Shown here: positions 1-8,544 of the stretch, piece by piece
Layout of the letters: each line of letters begins with the position of its first letter
How positions within the stretch are numbered: the first letter of the stretch is position 1
NCBI GenBank assembly: GCA_043228905.1
Contig: JBHGNT010001341.1
Coordinates: 1 to 9,690 of the forward strand
Source of the DNA: Azolla caroliniana
Taxonomy: Eukaryota > Plantae > Polypodiophyta
Direction: 5' to 3'
Length of the DNA stretch: 9,690 nt
Translations under genes and position numbers: made by a program
The notes under the pieces: model-generated
Databases searched by the model: none
Told to the model about the DNA's origin: nothing
Seen by the model: only the letters and a program-made list of their open reading frames with translations

Positions 1-691
1 TGTATAGAATACTACGGTAAATTCTCACCACGGGATATTATATGGTCATGCCCATAACACTAACTAAGCACATGCCCATCATAATTAGTGACATCATAAA
101 TTAACACTGCATTTGACTACGAACAATGCCCTATATGCCTAATCATGCATTTATTGAAAAGAGAGTACCAATGGAGACTCTAACGTATCATGGAGTTACT
201 AGCATGAGCTCCTCTACTATTTCAACTAAAAGTTTTGTTGGGATAATTCACAATCTTTGACTAATTTGGTCATAAATAGAAACCCTTCGATACAACAATA
301 AAACGAGCCACGATATATTCCAAATAAGTGATCTTGCAAATCCAAAAGGTAGGAGATAAAAAAAAGACATCCATACATATCAAATAACATCTTTATCTAC
401 GGGAAACTTGATTAGATTAATGTATGTAACAACATAGCTTTTCCCGCAACATGTGCATTGTGCAACTTTAAATCAAGTAAATTTAATAAACCAACAATCC
501 TTGGTTTTACTCGTGTTAAAACCCTTAGTCTAGTTATGTTTTGAGCACCAAAAATTCAATGATTACATTTTGCAACATGTACTTAGCTAAACCAAGAGGA
601 AAGTAATAATGTAGATAAACCATCAACATTGATTGCACTATTGATACGCATGTTTGGAATGGCCAAATCACTATTTTCTAGCACTTCAACT

Positions 692-1318
692 TTTGTCATA
701 CCTTTTGTAAAGCCCATTCATCCCTTTTATTTCCTATTGCATTTCGACCAAGTGGACATCAAGAAGCCTTTACTATCTTTTGTTTTCCGAAAAAAAACTG
801 CTTCCCATCAATTAGGTGAATTGCATATACAAATCAAGTGATGTAAACTCTAAGTATCTACAAATCCTCTACTACTTACAGGTAGTTTTCATATATATTG
901 GGCTATCTTTGTGTAACACCTTAGATAAAAAAAGGTGGGGCAATCTCCATCCACATAACTTGACATAACCTATTATTTTTCAACAAGCATTAAGACACAT
1001 TTGTGATACTTTTTGTAAAACCCCTTCATCCCTTTTTATTTCCTATTGCATTTGGACCAAGTGGATATCTAGAGGCCTTTACTATCTCTTTTTTCCCGAA
1101 AAACTGCTTCCCATTAGTTAGGTGAATCACATATACAAATCAGGCTATGCACACTCTAAGTACCTATAGATACACTACTATTTACATGTCACTTTCATAT
1201 ATATTGGGCTATCATCGTGTGACACCGTAGATAAAAAAACGTGGGGCAAGCACTATCCACATAACTGCAAACAATTGCCTAACAAAACCTATTATTTTTC
1301 AACAAGCATCAAGATACA
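692..1318. repeat. Diverged head-to-tail tandem duplication, 2 copies (692-999 and 1000-1318), period 308 bp
   Basis: Collinear shared blocks in both copies: TTTG(T)CATAC/TTTGTGATAC, TTTTATTTCCTATTGCATTT, GACCAAGTGGA, AAAACTGCTTCCCAT, TTAGGTGAAT, TTTCATATATATTGGGCTATC, GTGGGGCAA, ATCCACATAACT, ACCTATTATTTTT, CAACAAGCAT, AAGA(C/T)ACA. There are many substitutions and one ~13-bp indel near the 3' end. Confidence 0.95.
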
Positions 1319-1417
1319 ATTAGCAAGCTTCTGAATTCAGCTAGACATTGATATCACGGAAAGCAATATGGGTGATTTGCTAGCTAGGGCTGAAGGAACC
1401 AATGAGGTAGCTGGAAG

Positions 1418-1802
1418 TAACAATTGGCAACGGTTCAGTTCGGTTTGAAATTGTCAAAACAGAGCCGTTAAATTTTTTTGAAACTTGAACCGAATCGTTA
1501 AAAAAATTTCAAACCATTAAACTATTAAAACCACAATTTTGTGGTTTGGTTTCGGTTTTCAACTTAGGTCAAATTTCAATTTTTAAATTGTTTAAATTTT
1601 AAATTATTATTATTATTTTAAATTTAAAAAATTTCCAAGAAAATGAAAAGATTGTTTAAAAACAATTTTTAAAATCTTTAAAAAAATAAAAAACCGTATA
1701 AATCGTGGTTTCTAACTGTTGAAACCGAACCAAACCGTTTTTATCATTAAGCCGTTAAACCGCAGTTCGTTTCGGTTCAAAACGAACTGTTGCCGACTGC
1801 TA
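1418..1802. mobile_element. Non-autonomous hAT-type DNA transposon (MITE), copy 1, 385 bp
   Basis: Left TIR TAACAATTGGCAACGGTTC starts at 1418. Right TIR GAACTGTTGCCGACTGCTA ends at 1802 (reverse complement TAGCAGTCGGCAACAGTTC). The 8-bp TSD is GCTGGAAG (1410-1417) / GCTAGAAG (1803-1810), 7/8 identical. It has subterminal GGTTC/AACCG motif clusters and an AT-rich non-coding core. Short TA-initiated TIRs with an 8-bp TSD are characteristic of hAT elements. Confidence 0.93.
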
Positions 1803-3936
1803 GCTAGAAGCACCAGTTCAGATGTCCGAACTCCTGACGTGAAGTCCACTAATGGTGTAGATTCCCATAGTGAGATAAATTTGTGCCTGCGCCAATGCTT
1901 GAGCCTCTGAATTTCCATGTAGGTTTTTGAATTGTGCATGCAAGAATACCACTAGATCAATCCATATAGTTGTGATGGAATCTACAATTGTGTGTGTTTT
2001 GCGTGAGTACCATTTGAGACATTTGTATTTCCAAATGTTCCACATATCGATTGATGCCACAATTGATTGTGTTTTTTGCCGATCTTGTGAATCCTCCCAA
2101 ATTTGCGTACATCCAATCGTTGTCCATGTACAATGGGTTCTGTGCACTATGAAGGCTAAGGAGGAGTCCCATGCTTCACACATCCACGTCTTCTTTTGTA
2201 AGAGACCACCATATAACATAACCAAATGAAATTGAGCCTTCCATGCCACATGCCATCAAAATGCATATAATTCTTTCCCAATCATATTTGTGTGCGTGTA
2301 AGACTTTGAATCGTAGTTGCATCTCTTACAGGCACCATCTTTGCCTCTCCATTGTAACCATTTACCAACGGGGAGGGCTTTATGGTTGATAAGCTAGAGA
2401 AAGGATTTGCATTTTTCAGGCAAGTCAACTGCCTACAACATTCTCCAATAAGCTTGCATACATGTGTCATCTAAGCTCTCCTCCCTCCATTTAATACCAA
2501 GTGCATCTTTGTGGATCCCTTGTTGTTGAATTATATTTTGGCCAAAATTTGTGGTATATTGAAACAATTGTTTTTTTTACATGTTTTTCCTACGTCCCAT
2601 AAAAATTATTGTCTTTGCTAATTATATGCCATGCCATGCATATGCATTCCAATCATATGAATGTAGCGATAAGAGTTTTCACTTAGTGAAATTGACAAGC
2701 AACCCAGTAGCAACACCATACAACACATAATGTTTCATTACATATTTTGGGGATAATAGTGTGGCATACAATATTAGTCATACGTATATGCTTGAGTCAC
2801 AAAACCTCTCGAATTGTGTGGTTGTAACCCATGTAATTGACAAAATATGACAAGATTATCTAGTGAGTGGTGATTGTGTAGAACAAAAAAAACACAAAAT
2901 AATTTTGGTTTATTGAATTATACAATGTTCTTGAATAAGTAAATTGTCCATCCAATATACCTACAACAAACAACATAGCTTCCATAAATCTTTATTCGAT
3001 GGCATCAAATATTTCCCAATAGCCACCTACATATTCACTAAATCTATTTTTGTATATTTTGCATTCTCGGCAGCAATATAAGCAAAAGTGAAGTTGTTCA
3101 TTATTTGTCTTCATGGCTATAAAACCATTATTGATCAAGATGGATGCATTTGCGTAGACATTATTTAGCTATAATCACTAATAAACTTTATAAATCAAAA
3201 ACATATGTGACACTAGTCTCCAATTTGAAAGAGTTTCACATCATTTCCTCTTTGAACAAAGTTTAATCAAGCCCTCTTTATATGAACAAAGTAATTGCCG
3301 ATCTTCTTGTGCGTTATTTGCCAGAAATAACAGTGAATCATCAAGCAATCCCAATACATTATAGAATTTAACAATAGTGTCATCCCAACTAGGTGCTTTC
3401 CATCGTCGTAACCCACTTCTTGCCTTCAAAAGTTTATCTTATTGTAATTCTAGGTGCCTTGTTCTAGAATAATGGGTTGGACATATTTATTGTATACTCC
3501 AATATGGCTATATCATGATTGAGAAAAAAATGTATCAACACATTCCCTTGTTGCTCTTAACTAGTTTTGTGACCGATTGCCATTCCTCCTCTTAATGTAT
3601 TTGATGATTACTTTTTTTTCTAACAAGATAGCACAATCTCATTCTTGTAATTGCCTTGCCTTAAACTACCACTCATGTATTTTGTGTTATCATGTATGAT
3701 GTAACAATAGTATATGCTTTGCTCTATGAAGCACGTTATCTATCTTCTATGATGGATGTAGGTGTAATATGTGATAATCCCATCAATGCTTTATCAATTA
3801 TATCACTATCCATGATGAATTGAGATACACCATTGATCATGATCATTAATGATTGTTTGTAATCTATTAATGGATCTTCTACAAACTAAATCAATGTCCA
3901 ACACAATCGTTGCATGTAAGACAACATAATGGTGGA

Positions 3937-4399
3937 TAGCAATCGGCAACGGTTCGGTTCGGTTCGAGAGGGTCCAAACCGAACCGTAAAAAATGGTAAA
4001 AACCTGAACCAAACCGAACCATGAAACCGTTAAACCAAACTAGTAAAATTTGTCCAAACCGTTAAACCATTAAATCGTAGAAACCACGGTTTCCTGGTTC
4101 GGTTTCGGTTTTCAACATAAATCAAAATTTTTAATTTTTAATTGTTTAAAATTTTTAAAATTTTTAAGATGTTCCTAAACTGTGAGAATAAGGTCTAAAA
4201 TGAAAAGATTGTTAAAAAACAATTTTTAAAATAATAATAATAATAAACCGGTAAATCGTTTAAACCGCGGTTTTTGACTGTTGAAACTGAACTGTACCGT
4301 TAATAAAAACCTAAACTTGAACTTAACCGAACTGTTGAAACCGTTAAACCATGGTTTCGCGGTTTGGTTCAGTTCAAACCGAACCATTGCCGATTGTTA
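3937..4399. mobile_element. Non-autonomous hAT-type DNA transposon (MITE), copy 2 of the same family, 463 bp
   Basis: Left TIR TAGCAATCGGCAACGGTTC starts at 3937. Right TIR GAACCATTGCCGATTGTTA ends at 4399. The 8-bp TSD is ATGGTGGA (3929-3936) / ATGTTGGA (4400-4407), 7/8 identical. It shares internal blocks with copy 1 in the same orientation: GGTTTCGGTTTTCAAC, AAAATGAAAAGATTGTT.AAAAACAATTTTTAAAAT and ACTGTTGAAAC. Confidence 0.93.
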
Positions 4400-5680
4400 A
4401 TGTTGGATGCTTTATCCGTAACTAAGTCATATTTGGATGTTAAAGAGTCTCTTTTGAGGAAAAAGAATGCTAGTGAAAAGAGTGTGAAAGATAGACGTAG
4501 TCATAATGAAGTATAGTTAGAATGTTGAAAGGCATGATCACACACTTATATTGTATGTGAATTTATCATATTGAATTGCATGTGCATACCATATACTTAA
4601 TAGGGCATGCTAATTTTAATGGTTGAGTTGAGTGTAAATATGAGTACATTAGGATATGAACTCTTCCATGACTCAAGCCAATCAATTTGAAAATCTCTTA
4701 AAATCTCGGTTATTTTCTCCTTCTAACAAAATATAGGTGAGTGAATGGTAGTATTATCATGTATATTGGGAATCTCAAGATAATTAAAAAAATCAGTACC
4801 ATTTTGAAAAGTTAAGATGAGATACATTTACCTACCAAGGATGAATCTTCTCTAAATTTGATGAATATGATGAGTTGAATACTAGATCTTATTCATTATG
4901 GACAAATGGCAATGTACAATCTTGTACAAATACATATATTAGGGATGTAATTAATAAAATAAGGGATGACTACAATTATATCAATATATTGAACATATGG
5001 TAATAGCTTATATATGAATTAGTTAACACTTTATAGGTGGGGGAGGAGGAGGTGGTTCATGTATCTCTACCTTCTAATTACATGTGGATACTATATGAGA
5101 TATCCTTTTGCATTGGACGTAACAATTATTTGCTTCCACATAACAAGGGTAGTTACATTCTCGCAAACAACAAAGGTATGATGAAGGAGGTGGTCTTTAA
5201 TGCATACAAGTGACCCATTATGTGTGTTTATATGATGTAAAAAGTTGAGCTTGTTATCCCAACAAGCAAGCAATCTCTAATATGCATCTCTCTCTTTCTC
5301 TCAATTAATCTCTCTTATTGGTTATCGTCTGAGAAAATAGAACAACACGCAAAATCATATAACCCTCCTCTTGCATTTTTCTCCCATTCTCTTTTCACCT
5401 CTATATGCGTTCATAGCCTATAGGTGAAGATAATAGAGTAGTAAATGAAACCTTGAAATCTTTGTTCATCTCCTTTTTCCTCCTTAAATTAGACTTTGCA
5501 CATAAAATATATGCCAATCACAACATTGGGTTGTCTTCAAACTCTCGCCATGCGATATTTTCGTGTTCACGCCTTCCAATCGCTAGTTATGTGTGTTCAC
5601 GAGCGATGCAGTAATCGAGACACTCATTCACTCGCGGCACAATAATACAAGGTTGTTGGCATTGATCAAGAGATTGATGG

Positions 5681-6373
5681 TAGCTATGGGCTTGGTTCGG
5701 TTTCGGTTCAGTTCAATCACTTTGCCTTGAAACCAAGCTGAACCATATATAGCAAACAAAAACCAAACTGAACTATTTATGAACTCTCGAGCAACTTGAA
5801 CCAAATCATTTTTGGCAAAGGTAAAGCAAAACCTTTAGAGAAAAGTTGAAACAAAACTGAACTATTTTATAAAAAATTTAAACCTAACTATTTAGGTCAA
5901 TTTAATTAAAAAGAAAGTATTTAATTAATTAAGCAATTTAGGCAATTTAATTAAATCAGTAAAACAAAAACATTAATTAAACTATTAAGGAAATAAAAAA
6001 AAGTTAACCAAAAACTAATAAACCGATTTTAGAACCAAACCGAATGAAATCCAAACCGTTTAATTATATTGGAACTGGTAAACAATTAAACCATAACCGA
6101 ACCACTTTAACCAATAAATTAATAAAATTGAGTTTTAGAACCAAACCGTTTAATTATATTTGAACTAGTAAATTGTAAAACCCATAACCGAAACCTGAGT
6201 TTTAGAACCAAACTGAATAAAAACTGAACTGTTTAATTATATTGGAAACGGTAAACCATTAAACCATAATCGAACCACTCAAACCTATAAACTGATAAAC
6301 TTGAGGTTTAGAACCAAACCGAATGAAAACCAAACCGTGTTATTATATTCGAACCGGCAAACCATTAAACCAT
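5681..6373. mobile_element. Truncated (one-ended) hAT-like non-autonomous element rich in AACCGAACC motifs
   Basis: It begins TAGCTATGGGCTTGGTTCGGTTTCGGTTCAGTTC, the same TAG start plus GGTTC-cluster architecture as the two MITEs but with a different TIR. An AT-rich body with many AACC(G/A)AAC motifs follows. No complementary right TIR (CCCATAGCTA) and no second copy of the left flank ATTGATGG were found downstream. Confidence 0.6.
6027..6373 (+). repeat. Tandem array of ~106-bp units (about 3.5 copies, one internally deleted)
   Basis: Units start with (T/G)TTTAGAACCAAAC at 6027, 6133, 6200 and 6306 (spacings 106, 67, 106). Each continues ..GTTTAATTATATT.GAAC.GGTAAA..ATTAAACCATAA.CGA. The last copy stops at AAACCAT (6373). 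Confidence 0.92.
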
Positions 6374-6525
6374 GGATCTCTCCTTCTCCTCCTTTTGCTG
6401 TTGCTTCCACATGGTGTCTGTGGCCAATGGCAATCATGCTTTGTGATCGAACACCAGGAGAAAGGCCAGGCCCCATTCGCCCCCTCCTCCTTCTCTGTGC
6501 CCTCTTTCGTTAGTAGAGATCAGAT
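6374..6525 (+). promoter_or_regulatory. Pyrimidine (CT)-rich proximal promoter / 5' UTR of the downstream gene
   Basis: There is an abrupt switch from the AT-rich repeat to GC-richer, CT-rich tracts (TCTCTCCTTCTCCTCCTTTT, CCCCTCCTCCTTCTCTGTGCCCTCTTTC) directly before the ATG, as is typical of plant Y-patch/5' UTR sequence. The TSS cannot be located from sequence. Confidence 0.5.
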
Positions 6526-6652
6526 ATGAGAGCAGGAGAGGAAACCAGATGTTTTGAAGACCTTGAAGAGCTCCGATTCCTCACATCTCATCCTCACGCC
6601 ACGGATAAGAGAGGGAGAAGAATCATCAGAATCGTCGGAAAATACCTCCCAG
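6526..6652 (+). CDS. First coding exon of a plant CRAL-TRIO/SEC14-like (GDAP2-like, BNIP2/Cdc42GAP-homology-type) protein; gene continues beyond the window
   Basis: It encodes MRAGEETRCFEDLEELRFLTSHPHATDKRGRRIIRIVGKYLP (42 codons plus 1 nt). This matches the N-terminal motif I recall for this plant family: F.DL..L.F....G.D..G.RI.RIVGK(Y/F)FPA. Similarity ends exactly at CCAG|GT (donor GT at 6653-6654, phase 1), which is followed by T-rich intron-like sequence. Two in-frame TAG stops (6511-6516) precede the ATG. Confidence 0.85.
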
Positions 6653-7000
6653 GTCTTCTTTCTTCTTCTCTTTTCTGTCCTTTTGGAGCTTTCACGATTT
6701 TCTTCTTTTTAAGCTTTCTTTTTGAAGCAAATCTTTTTCATTTTATTATTTACGTTTTAAGTTCTTCTTTGGTCTCTTACATTGTTTGCTTTTTTATTTT
6801 CTTGAGATGATTGGCTTGCTTCAAGTAATTTTGTTACTTCCTCATCTTTCATGGTTTTCGTGATTGCCTTTGAATTAAGTGTAGAAGAGATCATAGATGT
6901 ATACTGGACACTCAAATAGTGTAAAGATCATCGCAGTGTAGATCAGCAAAGATTTCACAGATGCATACTATACTTAGACCATGTGTCTTAAAGTTGCAAA

Positions 7001-7310
7001 AGATTGTCGTAAAAGAAAACTTGAATCTTGGATAAGGATTCGGACCAGCTTAACCACTGTGAATATGATGGCTATTAGCATATAACCATTTTTGTGAAGA
7101 AAACTTGATTGCTGGATACGTTTCCAAAGTCACTCCAGCATTTCCAGCATGGTCCATTTTATAGAGAGATTGCCTTAAGAAAACTTGAAATTCGGATTGA
7201 ATCCTAGTTACCTTGACATTTGTGAATATAGTCGATATCTTCTAAATATATCGAGAACCTGGAAATTGGAATTGGATCCTAAGTAGCTTGACCAAAAATG
7301 AGTTCATGAA
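7001..7310 (+). repeat. Highly diverged ~80-bp periodic repeat (4 units)
   Basis: AAGAAAACTTGA occurs at 7013, 7097 and 7177, with a variant CGAGAACCTGGA at 7252 (spacings 84, 80, 75). Units 3 and 4 share AAATT.G.ATTG.ATCCTA..TA.CTTGAC. Units 1 and 3 share upstream AGATTG.C.TAA and downstream TGTGAATAT. Confidence 0.6.
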
Positions 7311-7316
7311 TAGTGG

Positions 7317-7575
7317 ATGATCAACAGCAAGAGTGTGAAGTTAGATATGGCTCCTTGTGGACATTGTGAGAAAAAAGGACAAATTTGTCAGATTTTAGTA
7401 GAATTTTTTTATGATCAATAGCAAGAGCGTGACGTTAGATAGGGCTCCTTGTGGACGTTGTGAGAAGAAAAAACAAATTTGTAGGATTTTAGTAAGAGTG
7501 AGAAGTTAGATATGGTTCCTTGCGGACATTGTGGGAAAAATGACAAATTTGTAGGGTTTTATTAGAATTTTTTAT
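7317..7575 (+). repeat. Tandem repeat, ~94-bp unit, about 2.8 copies
   Basis: ATGATCAA(C/T)AGCAAGAG at 7317 and 7411, and a third copy from AAGAGTG at ~7494. All three contain GTTAGATA.GG.TCCTTG.GGAC.TTGTG.GAA...ACAAATTTGT..G.TTTTA.TA. Confidence 0.93.
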
Positions 7576-8429
7576 ATTTCTATAAGATAATTATGTCCTC
7601 AGTCAGAAGGCTCTTGTGATAATGTATAACCAAGTTTATAAGGTCAAATTAAGGCAGATATACCCGTTAGTCAATGGATTATATAGCTTGAAAATAATAC
7701 TCATCATGACTAAAAGGAGTTGTTGCTTGGGTTGGCAGTTGTGCAGATTTCTTACACATCATGATTAGACACACTTTAAAAAGAGAGAACAATCCTGACT
7801 CTCTTTAAAATTATGCTACGTAACCAAATCGAGCTCCCACTTCTGCTCATTAACATTCTTTTCCAGGCCATAATCAAAGTTTCGTAACATTACACTACTA
7901 GACTGTGCTATGCCTCATGGCATCGTGTACAGGCCACACAATATCCTCCTATTCAAAACTGATAAAGTCAAGAAAGACTAATGCCTACTCTGAGAGTGAA
8001 AGAAACAAAGTTCATGGAATGCCAGCAATAAGAGGAATATGATACATCCACCGATTTGGGGTGGCCTTCTCTATTGTGGACAACCATGCTTAGGTTGGTG
8101 TAATACAAGTGTGGTTGGAACTTGGGAGATGAGAGATGAGAGTTATGCTCTTTATCCTTCCATAGTTAATTGATTAATTATGTTCTAATCATGCTTAATT
8201 GTGCAAGGCAACTGGATTTTCCCATGAGGTGCTGCTCCTCCATATACAAGATCTTGGAAGGGCATTAGTAAGCTAATCAATGGCTGGGTGGTGAATGATG
8301 AATACATGGTTCTCCTCTCCATCTTCAAGGAGCAGCTTTAATTTGATCGATTCGCTTCTGATGTGAAGATGGTTTTGTTACACACTGTATAGAGTCCAGA
8401 ATTTTCAAAAGAAACAATAAATTATCAAT

Positions 8430-8541
8430 ATTGTATTATGGGTAATGTTGTCTAACTCTTAGTAGCCCTAGAAATACCAATGTATACCTCTTGTAAAAAT
8501 CTGGTGCATTCTTTCAATAATTTACCCTTAACAAAGAAAAA
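8430..8541 (+). mobile_element. Possible 3' end of a retroposed element (LINE 3' UTR with decayed poly(A) tail)
   Basis: It ends TTCAATAATTTACCCTTAACAAAGAAAAA: a poly(A)-signal-like AATAA, a short spacer and an A-rich tail, resembling plant L1 3' termini. No TSD was identified and the 5' boundary is uncertain. Confidence 0.35.
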
Positions 8542-8544
8542 TCA

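Larger units (their letters stand above)
1384..5300 (-). mobile_element. Degenerate L1-clade LINE retrotransposon, ORF2 pseudogene (APE endonuclease - RT - zf-RVT), interrupted by two MITEs and internally deleted
   Basis: Manual minus-strand translation across stops and frameshifts gives L1 ORF2 motifs in the correct order. Weak endonuclease remnants: LVCIKDHLL (~5190-5215, cf. clQEh) and LESWKSSYPNVLIFT (~4630-4680, cf. DxWRxxxPxxxxFT). RT motifs: KAPSWDDTIVKFY...LANNA...SYKEGLIKLCSK (3245-3399, cf. KAPGxDGxxxEFY...GxIxLIPK), NWRLVS..IYKV (~3185-3225), GFI..RQIMNN (~3095-3130), QAYTYD (YTYD at 2777-2788, decayed YADD) and ATGLLVNFTK (~2683-2712). zf-RVT: YWRML*AVDLPEKCKSFL*LINHKALPVGKWLQWRGKDGACKRC (~2318-2450). 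C-terminus: MWNIWKYKC, then WCFQLPHWFLQP* with the stop at 1384-1386. The 1384-3430 part is well supported; the endonuclease part and the 5' boundary are approximate. Confidence 0.85.

Noticed and set aside
1712-2470. Cluster of overlapping ORFs on both strands (63-143 aa) as small genes or a sense/antisense system
   Set aside because: The minus-strand ORFs are frameshifted pieces of the LINE ORF2 C-terminus, or run into the MITE. The plus-strand ORFs are their antisense shadows.
5300-5680. Possible LINE ORF1/5' UTR or LTR fragment
   Set aside because: No recognisable zinc knuckle, RRM, TG..CA ends, PBS or PPT could be supported by eye, so it is left unannotated.
6027-6373. Regularly spaced repeats as a CRISPR-like array (also considered for 7013-7300 and 7317-7575)
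   Set aside because: The sequence between the conserved motifs is itself homologous from unit to unit, so there are no unique spacers. No cas genes are present and the context is eukaryotic.
6285-6529. ORFs 6285-6476(-), 6301-6513(+) and 6323-6529(+, poly-Leu signal-peptide-like)
   Set aside because: They straddle the repeat array and the CT-rich UTR. The Leu run is simply a translation of CTC/CTT/CTG/TTG low-complexity sequence.
6526-6810. The 94-aa ORF as a complete membrane protein
   Set aside because: The hydrophobic F/L/S-rich tail after KYLP is read-through into a T-rich intron; family similarity stops at the GT donor at 6653.
7845-7905. Good-looking acceptor CATTCTTTTCCAG|G at 7866 as exon 2
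   Set aside because: Splicing from 6652 gives GHNQSFVTLHY* with no similarity to the CRAL-TRIO continuation. At most it is a cryptic site; RNA-seq would be needed.
8161-8172. CATAGTT at 8161 as the left TIR pairing with the end at 9518
   Set aside because: The match is only 7 bp, there are no GTAGAATAC subterminal motifs next to it, and the flanks (TATCCTTC vs TCAACAGA) are not a TSD.
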